From positions 8,509,301-8,573,300 of the forward strand of contig BFEA01000001.1 of NCBI GenBank assembly GCA_003427395.1: DNA of 64,000 bases. Reading direction: 5' to 3'. How positions within the stretch are numbered: the stretch's first letter is position 1; every line of letters begins with the position of its first letter. The notes under the pieces were generated by a model, which ran no database searches, was not told the DNA's origin, and saw nothing but the letters and a program-made list of their open reading frames with translations. Shown piece after piece: positions 39,165 through 51,364 of the stretch. The position numbers were made by a program, and so were the translations under genes. This DNA comes from Chara braunii. Its lineage: Eukaryota; Plantae; Charophyceae.

Positions 39165-39761
39165 TAGTAAGAGTTCAAATCCTGTTCAATGCATCAATGT
39201 ATGGACCTGTCTTCCCTTTCCTGAGAGGAATGATAACTGCCGTGGCTATGCAAGCAAGGTGAAACTCCCCAGATATTGATAGCCCAAAACTGTCCGCAGC
39301 AGAATGTCTAATCTCTTCCTGCACATGTGCACGTGTGTGTGTGTGTGTGAGGGGGTGTGTGCATGTGCGTGTGCTGCTGCCATCCCTCAACTCGCTCAAA
39401 CCCATGTAGCTTGTAACAGACTGCCCTGTTGAGCTTTGCGAACTCGTGAGGGTGATGGATCTTGACAGTGAGAAGAGCTTGCATGTGGACAGCGTGTTAC
39501 TGTTGGATGATAACCGAGTGACGCATGCGGTTCCGTTGCCATTTGGCTCAGCAGAGGGCCTTCGGTTCAAGGGTTGGGAAAGTGCAAGTCACTAAATGCA
39601 GGGGCTCATGATGGCTGGCAATCAGGTTGGGATTGTTAAAGCAGAGAAATGCAGACTGATGTTAAGGTAGCAGCTGATGTTCAGATTGTAAGAAAGGAAT
39701 ACCCTTTGATTGGTTGCATGCCAATGACTAGTATTCCTCTTCTTTTTCCCCGCCCCCCCAG

Positions 39762-39814
39762 GTGGTTATCCAATGGAGTTACGGGCTCACAGGCATTTGC
39801 AGCGTACGATCATG
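39762..39814 (+). CDS. Lipase-like gene, exon: WLSNGVTGSQAFAAYDH
   Basis: Pyrimidine-rich ccag acceptor and GTACGT donor. Motif W.SNG..GS.AFAAYD. Confidence 0.9.
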
Positions 39815-40104
39815 GTACGTAATTCTCAGCTTGGCATGCCCAGCCCCGTGTGTTCATGGCTAATTAATGCGCTTGTTTTCCACTCTATGCGGGAATTGCT
39901 CATGGTATGCTGTATGTCTTTACTTCTTTGACTTCCTGTGTCGAGCTTTACTTCTTTGACTTCCTGTGTCAAGCACTGGTGTTATGGCCTTTCCATAATG
40001 CCTCTACCATTCAGACTAGGGCTCGATTGTGGCCGCTGGGCGTGATGTGTTAGAGAGAGGGAAACAACAAAGGTAGGTAGGTAGGTAGGGGGAGAGAGAG
40101 AGAC

Positions 40105-40898
40105 CTGGACAAAGGAGTGGTGCTTGCTGGGAGGTGTACACGAAGGACAGAACATCACAGATGGATGGGGCTATATGGCACAGAGTGCGAGAGCGGTGGG
40201 CTTCGCGGTGATTTGGCAAGAAAGGAATGAGAGATTGTTCAAGGGCAAAGAGTGGACAAACAGGCAGATTCGCTCAACTTTCAAAAAGCTGTTGAGGCGA
40301 ACAATTCTGGCAGACTGGAGGAGGAAAGTGGGAAGTACAGAGGAGCGAGAATCAGGGTTGAGCTGGTTCAAGAAAATGTGGTGCAAAAGGGGACAGTTTG
40401 GGAAAATAGAGTACAGAAAACTGATCCTGGACCAATGGTTCTTTTCAAATTAGGTTGGATTAATAGGCTTGTTTAGAATGGGTGACCTGAACACTCGGTC
40501 ACGGTTTTTTTTTGGGAAGGTCGCAGGAGACAGGCGGAGGGAAGGAAAGAGGAGGGAGTGTTATTAGGAGCTCCGTCGACTTAGACAATTTTTTTGTGGT
40601 GCTAGATAGGAATGGTTGACAAGTAGAGGATAGCTCTTTAATTCTTGTTTTTTCTAGTATTGTTTGGTTTTGAAGGCCTTGGTGACAAAGTTCTTTCTTT
40701 TCCCCCTTTTTTTGCTCAGAGAGGAATTTCAGGGCAGAGGTCCCAGGGACCAGGTATGCTCCTATTCTGAAATTACTCTCTCTGGAGCCTAAGCAAAGCT
40801 GGCTGATGCTGTCAGTACTGTTCGTTGTGTCACCCGGGTTGAATTGTGAGGTCCCCGGCCTCGATGATTTTGTTGAGCTATAATGAAGCCCTCTGGGC

Positions 40899-40930
<32 letters not shown>
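40105..40930 (+). mobile_element. 5'-truncated L1/Tx1-like LINE 3' end
   Basis: IWQERNERLF...LRRTILADW...WFKKMW C-terminal ORF2 motif, then a 3' UTR and an A-run. Confidence 0.72.
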
Positions 40931-41068
40931 GGATATTATCATTGAGCTGACCGGCCCCAAGCAATTCATTAGTGGCTGGCTTTACTCGTCAAATTCCATC
41001 ATCTGGATTCGAACACAGGTCTGTATTTCAACAGTTCAAGGGTGTATCCACTCAGCTAGGCTCTTGGG
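40905..41068 (-). mobile_element. SINE copy sharing an A-run with the adjacent LINE tail
   Basis: Nearly identical to 62290-62454, with the 3' body slightly deleted. Confidence 0.75.
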
Positions 41069-41084
41069 TAAAGGGCCTCTTTTT

Positions 41085-41660
41085 TTTTCTCTTTTTTTTT
41101 TAACAATTGCTTTATTTCCAAGAAAAAGTAGAGGCCGGGAAAACCTCAACATGACAACCCGGAGGAAAAGCTGGGGCCAATACCCAACTTAGGCTTGTGC
41201 TGGAAACCGGGTCCAGCGTCCCATAAAAGCAACTGCTTTAGAATAAAGAAATATCAACTGGACAAACAAATGCGCAAAGCAACAATAAAGGAATAAAACT
41301 AAGTCATCTATTTGAAGCACCCAGATCAAACTTCCTCTGCTCCGGGCNATTTCTCTTTCATAATCCAGTCCGCCAGGATAAGTCTGTCTCCTTCTGAAAC
41401 TGAGGCACANNCCTTTTTGAAAGCCCAGGTTTTCATAAACCACGGGCGGCTTTTGGAGNGCCAGTCTGCCAGCACTGTAGTCCTGATCTCCGCCAGAATT
41501 TTGTTGAGTACATGATGAATGTTTTTCTTCTCGTTCTTAAACAGGAGTTGGTTCCTCCTCCACCAGATGGCTTCGAGTATGATACGTCTGAATGTATTTG
41601 CCATGTATTTCTCTCCTGTAGATAAAGGGTCTGGCCCTTCTTGAACGCCCTGAAGGATGA
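41085..41660 (-). mobile_element. 5'-truncated L1/Tx1-like LINE 3' end, opposite orientation
   Basis: AIWWRRNQLLF...IRTTVLADW...WFMKTW motif, ending in an A-rich tail on the minus strand. Confidence 0.72.
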
Positions 41661-42085
41661 TAGAGAGAGAGAGAGAGAGAGAGATTACAATTTTATGCTT
41701 TTCGTTTCAATTCTGCATGACGTGCAACACAGCAACTCAGTCTTGTGGTTCCAAATTGATAAAGAATGTTTGTGTATCGTACATGATACTTATTTGAAGT
41801 AATCTGCCTTGTTTCATACCTGTGCACCGTACGGGCTTCTGCCATGATGGGGAATGCGAGTGGCTTGTAAATTTTGATCCCCATCGTATACGTTCAAATG
41901 CCCATCGTATACGTTCAAACGCGCAAGTGGCATGGAATGACCTCAGCCATTGTGGCTCAACGATGATGGGGAATTGACTTAGGGGAATGGCAGCGAAGGC
42001 AAATGTTTCCGGATTGGTTTCAAATTTGCCTGTTGATTAGTTTTTTGAGGGCGCAATAGACTGATGTCCCTACCAAATTGCATAA

Positions 42086-42277
42086 TGTGTACTTTTGGAG
42101 GTCATGGCCATTTGTCCTACTTTGTCCTGCAAAGAGATGTGCCATTTGTCTTACTTTGTCCTGCAAAGAGATGTGTACTTTTGGAGGTCATGGCCATTTG
42201 TCTTACTTTGTCCTGCAAAGAGATGTGTACTTTTGGAGGTCATGGTTTCGTCTTACTTTGTCCTGCAAAGAGATGTG
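42086..42277 (+). repeat. Minisatellite
   Basis: Units built from TGTGTACTTTTGGAGGTCATGG and TCTTACTTTGTCCTGCAAAGAGATG. Confidence 0.85.
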
Positions 42278-42507
42278 ATCTTCAATCTTAGGCATGTGTT
42301 ACAATTGTCGTCTATGATGAGCAGACTATGCACTGGCTGCAGATTTGGTGCAATTTGTGCAGCTCAAGGTTCTACAGATCAGACTTTCTGTGGTAGTGTA
42401 GTAGTACGGAGACTATCCTCTACCTGAGTGAAAGGTGGTAGGAAAAACTAAAGAACCTTGTATTTTCTTGTCAATGCAATTCACGACTGTCCATATCACC
42501 TGATGAA

Positions 42508-42953
42508 TGGCGTAAACCTGCCAACGGCCAATCCCGACTGCCAACCGTTTTGCAGCTGACCAGTAGGGCTGACCGGTTGGCATTCTGCCGACAGTCAGAA
42601 AACAGCCGTCCACTGATTGTTTTTCAAATCTGAGTCGGGGGCTGTACTGCGCTTGCTGAGTACAGTCCAAATCCGCTGAGAAACTTTTGGGGTTCGGAGG
42701 GGGGTTATAGGGGGGTATAGGGAGGTAATAGGGATTATTGGGGGGATATGAGGGTGTTAGGGGGCGTTTTGGGGATGTTGAGGGGGTCTATGGGGGTATT
42801 GTGGGCGGGTATGGGGGTGTTGGTGGGGTTATTGGGGGTTCTGAACACCCCTTTTTTTGTGGGGTGCCGACGACCCCTGACCTGTAGGTGCTGACCAGCG
42901 ACCAGTAGGTGCCGACCAGTCAAGGGGTGCCGACCGTTGGGGTAGGCAACGCT
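42508..42953. mobile_element. Second, more degenerate copy of the G-rich hAT MITE
   Basis: Shares GGGGCTGTACTGCGCTTGCTGAGTACAG, CCGCTGAGAAACTTTTGGGG, the G-rich tract and GCCGACCGTTGG with 24507-24978. Confidence 0.75.
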
Positions 42954-43475
42954 TCGTGGAGGTGAACAAGGACCGTCTTCCTCCGAACATGGCAGCAATG
43001 TCACTGTGCGCATTATCATCTGCTTCAAATCCTAAATAATTTCTTCTGACTGCCCCGACACTGGATCACATGATCATCAGCATAAGATCATCATCGTCAT
43101 CATCGTCATCATCATCTCCCTTTCCACCCTGAAAATCTCGCTTTCCACCCTGCAAATCCTCTGCAGATTGGCCTCCTACAGATGGAACCACAAGATTACC
43201 TGCCTGAGCTGACACTGACGGAGTGTGTGCAGTGACTTGTGACGGCAGAGGGTGCAACAGTTAATGTACTGTGTTTAGGTGCAGGGAAAACAGAAGGAAA
43301 GGTAATTAGAAAAGAGAGCAAAAGGAGGATGCGTACACTTGATGGCGGTCACAGTTTTGTTGATGATTAACGCAATGGTCAGTAAATGGGAAGTGACTAA
43401 CTCATGGTGTAGTAACTTTGCACATTACTTGGATCTGTTGCTCGGACAAGCTTTGACTCATTGGATGCTATGCAG

Positions 43476-43551
43476 GGTTTGACGTGTTTCTTGGCAATTT
43501 TAGGGGGTATTCTTCAAAAGAGCATGTGAACACGAACATTTCTGCTGCCAG
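43476..43551 (+). CDS. Lipase-like gene, exon: GFDVFLGNFRGYSSKEHVNTNISAA
   Basis: tgcag acceptor and GT donor. Lipase motif G(F/Y)DVFLGN.RG. Confidence 0.92.
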
Positions 43552-46464
43552 GTATTCTTAACAGTCAACCCTCTTCTCTGCTATATTATCTTCCCCTTGC
43601 CCTCCTTCCTCCCCTTCCTCCCCTTCCTCCCCTCACCCGCTGCCCGCCCCTCCCTTTCCTTTTCTTACACTGTTCACTACTATGTCCTTTCGTTCCCTGA
43701 GCTGTACAATGAATAAAACCTATGCTTACTGACATAATGCATTTGGTTGTGACCGTTACACTGTTTCTCGCATGTTAGTGTGGCAAAGTGTATGATGCGC
43801 AATCTAGCCATTACCTGACTTTGTATTCTCTTGGTGGCCAATGACACCAAGGCGGTGAAGGCAAATGTGCTTATTAGCGTAATCACTATATTAGTATATT
43901 GCTAAACATTTAGTCTGGGACACCAGTGAGAGGGAGGTAAGGGAAGCCGAGGCCCAAAAATGATGAGCATGAGGAGAGCCCCTGAGATGGGGCCCCTGAG
44001 ATGGGTTTGTAAGTGATGGAGATAGGTGTGAGATAGCGTTCAGACTCTTCAGAGATGTAACGAGGACTGCGCTATGAAGCACATGCTGGAAACCGGGGGG
44101 GGCAAATTTTCACCCTGGAGATGGGAAGGACAGAAGGCAAAGTCATTTGGTAGGCAAGGTATGCTGGATCAGGTAAGATCTGGATGTGATTTGGATGTAC
44201 GAATCCGACCACTGAGGGGTCTCAATGTCCAGATCGCAAAACCCCACAGCAGACATACCCAGACTGTCCAGATCACAGCAGACATACCCAGACTGTCCAG
44301 ATGACTGTTCAGTTGTACAGATCAGAACCATGTTTTCTGGTTGAGCTGGCTCTAGCTTGTGACTGTCCGGCAGACACAGAGAAATGTCGGAGGAAACCTC
44401 ATGGGGATGCACATGGAGCATGATGTTTCCGACTTCGCTTCTCTGGATGCCGTATAGGTCCCCAGTGCCTACTTGCACGTATATGATGCACGAATCGTAG
44501 TAACTGGCCGACATAGGTCGGGAATGAGAGAAATAGGTCGGGAATGGGAGGCTTGGTGGAGAGGGGAACAGTAGGGGTCGCAGCGGTGTGCCAGTCGCTG
44601 CTGCTACTTATGTGATGCACAAATCGTAGTAAGTGGCCGATATAGGTCGGGAATGCGAGGCTTGGCCAACATAGGTTGGGAATGGGAGGCTTGGTGGAGA
44701 GGGGAACGGTAGGGGGTCGCAGTGATCAAGAAACTGGTTAGTTGGTAAATGCGAGTCGCCACTTGAAAGCTATGGTCATGGTGTGCCAGTCTCTGCTGCT
44801 ATCAGTGGGGAAGAAATGCACCCGGAAAAAAAACATGGTTATGTCGATGGGTGAGGGCATGTTGTTTATCATGGCATAGACTCTTCTTCCTGGTTGCTGG
44901 GCAAAGTCACCAGGAAAACTATGACCTACACTTAGCTCACCAGGAAACCACATATAGTATGTTGACGCGTTCAAAGTGGAGTTCTGTGGAGTGTAGGTAG
45001 TGGACTTTGTCCATGGCTTCGGGAGTGCCTTTCGTTGTTGTGTAAAAGTCAGGTTATCTGCAAACTCCTCAACATGCTGAATGAGATTTCGCAGAGGACT
45101 CTGGAGAGGGATTGAATGTGATGGATGGGCTATGCTCAAGTGAATATTTCTTCAGACGCCTACCAAATGGCAATCACTTCTCATCAATGATGTTCCCACC
45201 AAATTGTGGGGATGTTGTGCAAAGGCTGAATGCCATCCTCACACTTGTGTTTGTGACTCGAAACGACACAGTCTTCGACTCCGTGAGATCTGGTGACGGA
45301 ATGCGTGGGGTCTTGACTGCTTCGTTCAATATGTGCGCAACCAGCCAGCCATCCACCAGGCCAATCACCACCCTGACTTCACCCTCCACAGCCTCCTGAG
45401 GTCTTGCACATCCCCACCTGTCGGCCAAGCTAGGGATTGAACCCGTTATCTCAGGGTTACAGCGTCAGGATAAATCCCTTGGTGCCTGGAATCTTATGTC
45501 TCTGTTGCTCAGGATTTGTTGGCTGCCTAGATCTGTCTTTGATTATGTGGTTTGGCATTCGCCTCCGTTGGACTTCTGGTTGTTGCTTGTCTGTTCCTCT
45601 TGATCTAGGCTCAGATGATTGGTTCACATTTGCAGAAGGGTTCATTGTGCTATGTGTGTGTGTCTCTCCTCCATCCTATGCTGCATGAGTATTTCCCTCT
45701 ATATTCCCAAAAGAGTTGTTGCAATTTATGCTCAGAAGGTTTAGAGGTTGGGCTCAAAAGAATTAGCTTTTTTTTTTTTTTTTTTAATAAGAAGGGTTAG
45801 AGGTTTGTTGCCGTGTCAGCAACATCTGCACAAGCAAGCGGATGCGCATTTAAGATCTGATTCAGAGGGGGAATAACTTTGTTGCAGCACCCCAGGGGCC
45901 TATGGTGCCTCTCAACCAGTTCAATTACATGAAAGTGGTCCGAACTGCAAGGAGGAGGGGGGGGGTGTCTCACGGTATTTCCATATGCTGCTCTTCATTC
46001 ACCGTTTCAGCTTTAGGAAGCCATTGGTAATACAAAGATCTGTCTGACTTTGACTTGGCCAGCACTATGCCTAGATTCGACCTTTTCTTTGTCTATTTTC
46101 GCTTTGTGTCTGTTGAAGTCTGTGGCACATCTACGCAGATGTGATCCCTGATACGCTGAATCATTTCGTAAGTAACTTCTGGAAATTTTTGTTTGTTTTT
46201 TTTTAAATAGTTTTTATGTTCTCGTTCGGAGGGTTTGGGCACTCGTCCGCGTTCGGGTGAACATGTTCGTGTTCGCCTCCGAACGCGAACACGATGCTAC
46301 GCAGGTTGCTGGTATATAGCAAGCTGTGTACTAGAATGAGGCTGTCTTTACTATAAGCATGGCAGGAGGTGATTTGTACTCAATTCGTAGCTGTGTGTGC
46401 AGCCTGTATGCCTTGTGGTTTTTAATGAGCTTCTTGTTCTTGGGCTTTTGCGTCTCTAGTGCAG

Positions 46465-46951
46465 TTACTGGAAATACTCCATTAATGAGCACGGTGTGCA
46501 GGATATCCCGGCGATGGTGGACAAGATTCACGAGATCAAATGCGCGGAGCTTGCGGAGCCTAATCGAGATTCGATTCGGCGACGAGTTCCCCAAGAAGGC
46601 AGCAGCAGTATTAAGAGTGATGGCGGCGATGAAGCTGAAGAGGCGATGCCATACTCTCTGTCAGTCATTGCGCACAGCCTCGGTGGCGCTGCCACTCTGA
46701 TATATGTTGTGACCAGACAATTGCAGAACATTCCGCATCGCCTTTCTCGGATCATTCTCCTCTCCCCAGCAGGGTTTCACATGAAGTCGCCAACATTGTT
46801 TGATTACCTTTCATTTCTTGTGCCTCTAGTCGACCCGCTCATGAAGCGTTTTGTGCCGGGGATTTACATTCCCACACGTGGGTTGCGCCTTCTCTTCAAC
46901 AAGCTGACACAGGATTTTCAGAACCTTCCTGCACTCAAGGCACTTGTTCAG
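46465..46951 (+). CDS. Lipase-like gene, exon with nucleophile elbow (YWKYSINEHGVQDIPAM...IAHSLGG...LLSPAGFH...LVQ)
   Basis: gtgcag acceptor and GTAAAC donor. Contains the AHSLGG catalytic Ser motif and YW.YSINEH. Confidence 0.93.
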
Positions 46952-47133
46952 GTAAACATTGTACTGTCAACCTGTGGATCTTTATCAACGCAGTGGTTGT
47001 ATGTGTTTGGTTGTGTTCAATCGATGAACAAGATAGTGAATGAATAAACAGGAAGAAGGAAATCATATCTATGTAACTACGTTGCCTGTCCCTTCGTCCT
47101 TCTAATTTGACTGCCTTTCAGTCTATCAGGATG

Positions 47134-47182
<49 letters not shown>

Positions 47183-47216
47183 CTAACGTTTGACTGTCTT
47201 TCAGTCTATCGGGATG

Positions 47217-47267
<51 letters not shown>

Positions 47268-48230
47268 CCCTTTTTGCTTTTCTTCTTCCTTTTCTCTACT
47301 GTGTTAGGGGGGAGACCGATAGCCGTATTTTGTACTCTGATCATTCTTACTTGTGTTGAGCCGCCACCTGCTCTGCGTCCGTGTGTTTTTCCCTTTTCTT
47401 GGCAATCAGCTGTGACCCACCTCCTCCTCCTCCCGCTCGTGCTCTGAAACCTCCACTGCCACTTCTCCCCTCGGTCGCCCTCATCCACCTCCTCCTTGCT
47501 ACCATCTCCTCGCCCCCACCCTCAGCCTTCTCCCCGCCTGCCTCATCCTCCACCACGTCATAGTTCATCACTTCCTCCCACTTCTGTGCCTCGTCACATG
47601 GCAGAACAGCAACTATGTGTAGGCTAAGCATCCACATGAATTGAATATCCCCTTGGGAGTGAGACCGTGAGACGAATCCCCGTGTGAGGAAAGAAAACTG
47701 AATTGCCAAAATGAAAACAACCGCGGGGAACCAAAATCATGCTGCGGCGGTTTGTCCCCACACCATTTGCTGGCCCATTCCTTTGGCCCAACCAGTTTCT
47801 TGGGTCTCATGGGTCCACGACTCCACGCTGAGTGGGTACAGATTTGTATCGCAGGAAGTCGCCCACAGAGGGCAGGTAGTACAGTTCTTGTTTTTTATTT
47901 TTTTTATGTAGTCTTTATAATGGGAACAGCGGTGTCGTGTGACACTCTTTGAGGGACAAGGCACGGGGGACCAAGGGAAATCCGGTGAAATTGTTGTTTT
48001 TTTCTTTGGCCGTCCTGGTGTGAGTTCCAAGGCCCACGCGTGTCATAGTTTCATCCCTGCTCATGGGAGGTCAAGGCCGCGGGGGGGCTGTTTCTTTTCT
48101 TTTGCGTCCATGGGAGTTTAAGGCTGTGGCGGCGCTTTGTTTCCATTCGCGCGCAGCGCTTTCTTTTCTTTCGCGCCCGTGGGAGCTCATCCTACACACA
48201 CTGACTGACATGGCCACGCTTCACCAAGTG

Positions 48231-48367
48231 AGCAAAATGGGATTGAATCTTCCCCTAGAACATGGAAGTATCCACTGCCAAAACATGGAATTATATGCTG
48301 CCAAAGACCAAAAATGTGGCAGTGCATATTTCCTTGTTCTAGCGACAGATTCATTCCCATTTTGCTC
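48231..48367. mobile_element. Hairpin MITE; half-copies at about 568-618, 11723-11770, 27930-27970, 29486-29520 and 48560-48604
   Basis: The arm AGCAAAATGGGATTGAATCTTCCCCTAGAACATGGAA and its imperfect reverse complement flank a short loop. The arm recurs across the window. Confidence 0.65.
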
Positions 48368-48380
48368 ATCCTATGGCTGG

Positions 48381-48473
<93 letters not shown>

Positions 48474-49366
48474 TGCGCGTGCGAGGTGACATTTGCATCT
48501 GACAGCTCCTTGGTCCATACTCACATGGGGATTTCTTTTCAGCGTATCTGTTCGTCGCGGTGTATCTTCCTATGTTCTTGTGGAGATTCCTTCTCATTTT
48601 GCACATTGGCAGGCGACTAGAAAGGATTGGACGGCGTGCTGATGCCTTGGCCAAGCCCCCCCCAAATGCTTCTGGTCCCTCATGTACTAAAACAAACACC
48701 CTCGATCTCACCCGGGCCAGATAATGGTCGTGCCTGCGGTGGAGCTGGTGCTGGGCCGTTGGTTCGCTGTGGCGGGTGTACTTGTTTTAAATTTAAAGAT
48801 AGTACAGAGTATACACACTCTACAGAGTTATGTTTTTCAAGTCAGCTGAAAACCATAATGCTAATGCTAAAAGTAAAAATAAAAAAAAACGTAATGATAA
48901 GAAAGTTAAAGAAACCCATATGTATGAGAGGCAGTGTGTTAGAGTCAGGTAAGCACACAGCTGTAGAGGAGATCAGCACATGTGCACAGTCACAGAGAGT
49001 TCCAATGTGAATACTGTACACCCAGACCTGTTATCACCCAGCGCACAAGTGTCACAGTACCACCCAGCCCACATAATACTGTGCAGCTGTGCCGAGGGCC
49101 GAGTTGTGCCTAACTTCGGCCGGGTTTTTTTTTTTTTTTTCTGTGGCCATGTGTTCTTTTTTTCTTTTTTCCCCCGTCGTGTGTGTTTTGGTACCATCCA
49201 GTCCTCGTAGATCCAACATAGTGCACCGAAAATAGCACAGGACTGTACAATGTGGGGTGGGTCTATGATGGGCGGATGGTATGAACACACACGACCAAAA
49301 GAAAAGATCGCCACAGAAAAAGGAGGACCGCCAAATTTAGGCACAATGCGATCCTTGGGACACCTA

Positions 49367-49471
49367 CCTTCGTCACCCGAATACAACATTCGGTCATTAT
49401 TGCTGTATTTGGACTGAAAGATACCCCAAATACAGCTATAATGACCGTACATGGTATTCGGGTGAATAAGG
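49367..49471. mobile_element. 105-bp TA-flanked MITE copy
   Basis: TA|CCTTCGTCACCCGAATACAAC...TATTCGGGTGAATAAGG|TA. Confidence 0.82.
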
Positions 49472-50140
49472 TAGTTGGTATGATGGGGACTGGTTGGTAC
49501 TTTGTGACCTGGTGATACTATTTCGGTTGGGTGGTACCACGTGGGCTGGGTGTCGCAGATTGCGAACACCAGGCACAACTTCACCCCCTTGGCACGGCTA
49601 GGTGGTAGGTACTATGCGCTCCGGGCAGTATTATGTGCCCTGAGTCATACTACGTGGGCTTACCATATGGTACTATGTGGTACTATGAGGTACTATGTGG
49701 TACTATGTTGGCTATGTGATAAGTCGTACTGGTCTATGATGTTGATGTTGCTCGATTCCGCCTTTTGTTTCCAGCAATAAGCGATGTGGTCTGCCTCTTC
49801 ATGACGTTGAATAGTGACCTGGCTGTTAATGTTGGACATGTTGCTCGATGTGGTAGGTTGTTGAAGTTGGTATGGGTTCTCTCTCGAATAGTAATGGTGG
49901 CATCGGTCTTGCCTGTTGCTGAACGATGTTGATACTGCTGATATCATGAGCTGATGTGCAAGCTTCGTGAATGATTGTGTTGGTTGATCTTGTTTGGCGT
50001 ATATATTCGATTAATGACGGATGGGTTCCATCACTCTATCTTGCTGTGTCTGTCAAGTATGGACAAGCTCACGGAGTCCACCCACGGTGCATGTTGTTGT
50101 TGGTGTTTCTCCCTGCCTGTTGCTCGCTGCACTTGGGCAG

Positions 50141-51364
50141 GTCATAATCAGCAGTGTTGTGTCGGGAGGCGACACAAGCGATTGGGTAGGAGCGTTGAGG
50201 AATCCCCACTATAACATGAACAAGATGCCGGGAGTTTCGTACCTTGTCATGATGCATCTGAGGCAAATGAAATCGAGTGGTCGTTTTGCGCTGTATGATT
50301 ATGGGAATGCCCGGATGAACATTGCGGCATATGGAAGCCCAACACCACCGGATATCGGCGCTCACTATCACCTCATCAATGTGCCGGTCGATGTCGTCCT
50401 TGGCCGCAACGACAAGCTGATTCCTCAGGAGATGGTACTTCGCCATTATGAAATCATGAAGTCGGCGGGTTGCGATGTCTCGGTAAAAGACTTTGAGTAC
50501 GGTCATTTGGAGTTTCTTGTCACCAACGAAGATGAGCTTATCTCGTATGTTATGTCACGACTAGTGATTCCCAAGTCGAGGGCGATCATTCATTCGGCAA
50601 GCGATAGGTCGTTGTCGTCCTTTTCGCCGTCTCCAGCGTCTCTTCGAAGGAGTTGGACGGCCCATGGAAACCTCCGCTCAGCTGGTTCTGAGTATGCTGC
50701 AGGCAGCTCAGTGCATGTGCCTGATGGAATGGAAGCAAATGGAGATGTGAGGCGGCTTCAGGACTCCAACAGGAGCGAGAACGATGGGAAGAACGGTTTG
50801 GTAAATGCTGCGACGAAGGGGAGGGACAGGGGAAGGAGAGACACAAGGGGCAGGTTGAGACGAAGCAGTAGTGTGAGTGGTGGGGAGCTCTCTCGAGCGC
50901 ATATGGATGGGCTGAGGAGGAGAGCCGTAAGCAGTGCTGTCGACCTTGTGCATATCGCGAACGCTGCACCTCCGAGTCCTGATGCCTTGGCACAAACAGG
51001 GATCGTCAGGAGCGATGGAGTTGTGTTGAGATCAGGTTCTGGAGATGGACTGCAAGAGTTCGGTCAGACCGACAACCAACTGCAGCTGGGAAAGGCTGAC
51101 ATAGATGGTGTTTCTGTGGCAGAGACATCGTGCAGAAGTGCAGTCAGCAGGGAACTGTGTGTTGCTGACCAGAGTCATTTATCTTCTTATGAGGGTTCGA
51201 ACCCTGGGCTGGGAAGTGTGTATAGGCAGGAAGGAAATGGCAATGATGAAAAGTATGCACCGGAGGACATGGGTAAAGGGAAAGAAGCGCAACGAGGAGG
51301 TAGGAATGGAGTATGCAATTCAAGGGAGAGCATGCCATCAGACAGTCGGCGAGCAGCATGCTGA
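50141..51364 (+). CDS. Lipase-like gene, last exon (catalytic Asp in GRNDKLI, His in YGHLEF, then a long Ser/Arg-rich tail)
   Basis: gggcag acceptor, in frame with ORF 50021..51364. Motifs PHYNM..MPGVS, F.LYDYG, PVD...G..D..I and FEY.HL.F. The nine exons from 19685 sum to 2833 nt with consistent phases. Confidence 0.9.
   Translation, partial: VIISSVVSGGDTSDWVGALRNPHYNMNKMPGVSYLVMMHLRQMKSSGRFALYDYGNARMNIAAYGSPTPPDIGAHYHLINVPVDVVLGRNDKLIPQEMVLRHYEIMKSAGCDVSVKDFEYGHLEFLVTNEDELISYVMSRLVIPKSRAIIHSASDRSLSSFSPSPASLRRSWTAHGNLRSAGSEYAAGSSVHVPDGMEANGDVRRLQDSNRSENDGKNGLVNAATKGRDRGRRDTRGRLRRSSSVSGGELSRAHMDGLRRRAVSSAVDLVHIANAAPPSPDALAQTGIVRSDGVVLRSGSGDGLQEFGQTDNQLQLGKADIDGVSVAETSCRSAVSRELCVADQSHLSSYEGSNPGLGSVYRQEGNGNDEKYAPEDMGKGKEAQRGGRNGVCNSRESMPSDSRRAAC

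Noticed and set aside
48780-48925. AT-rich island, possibly another organellar insert
   Set aside because: No recognisable gene or RNA motif; it needs BLAST against the organelle genomes.
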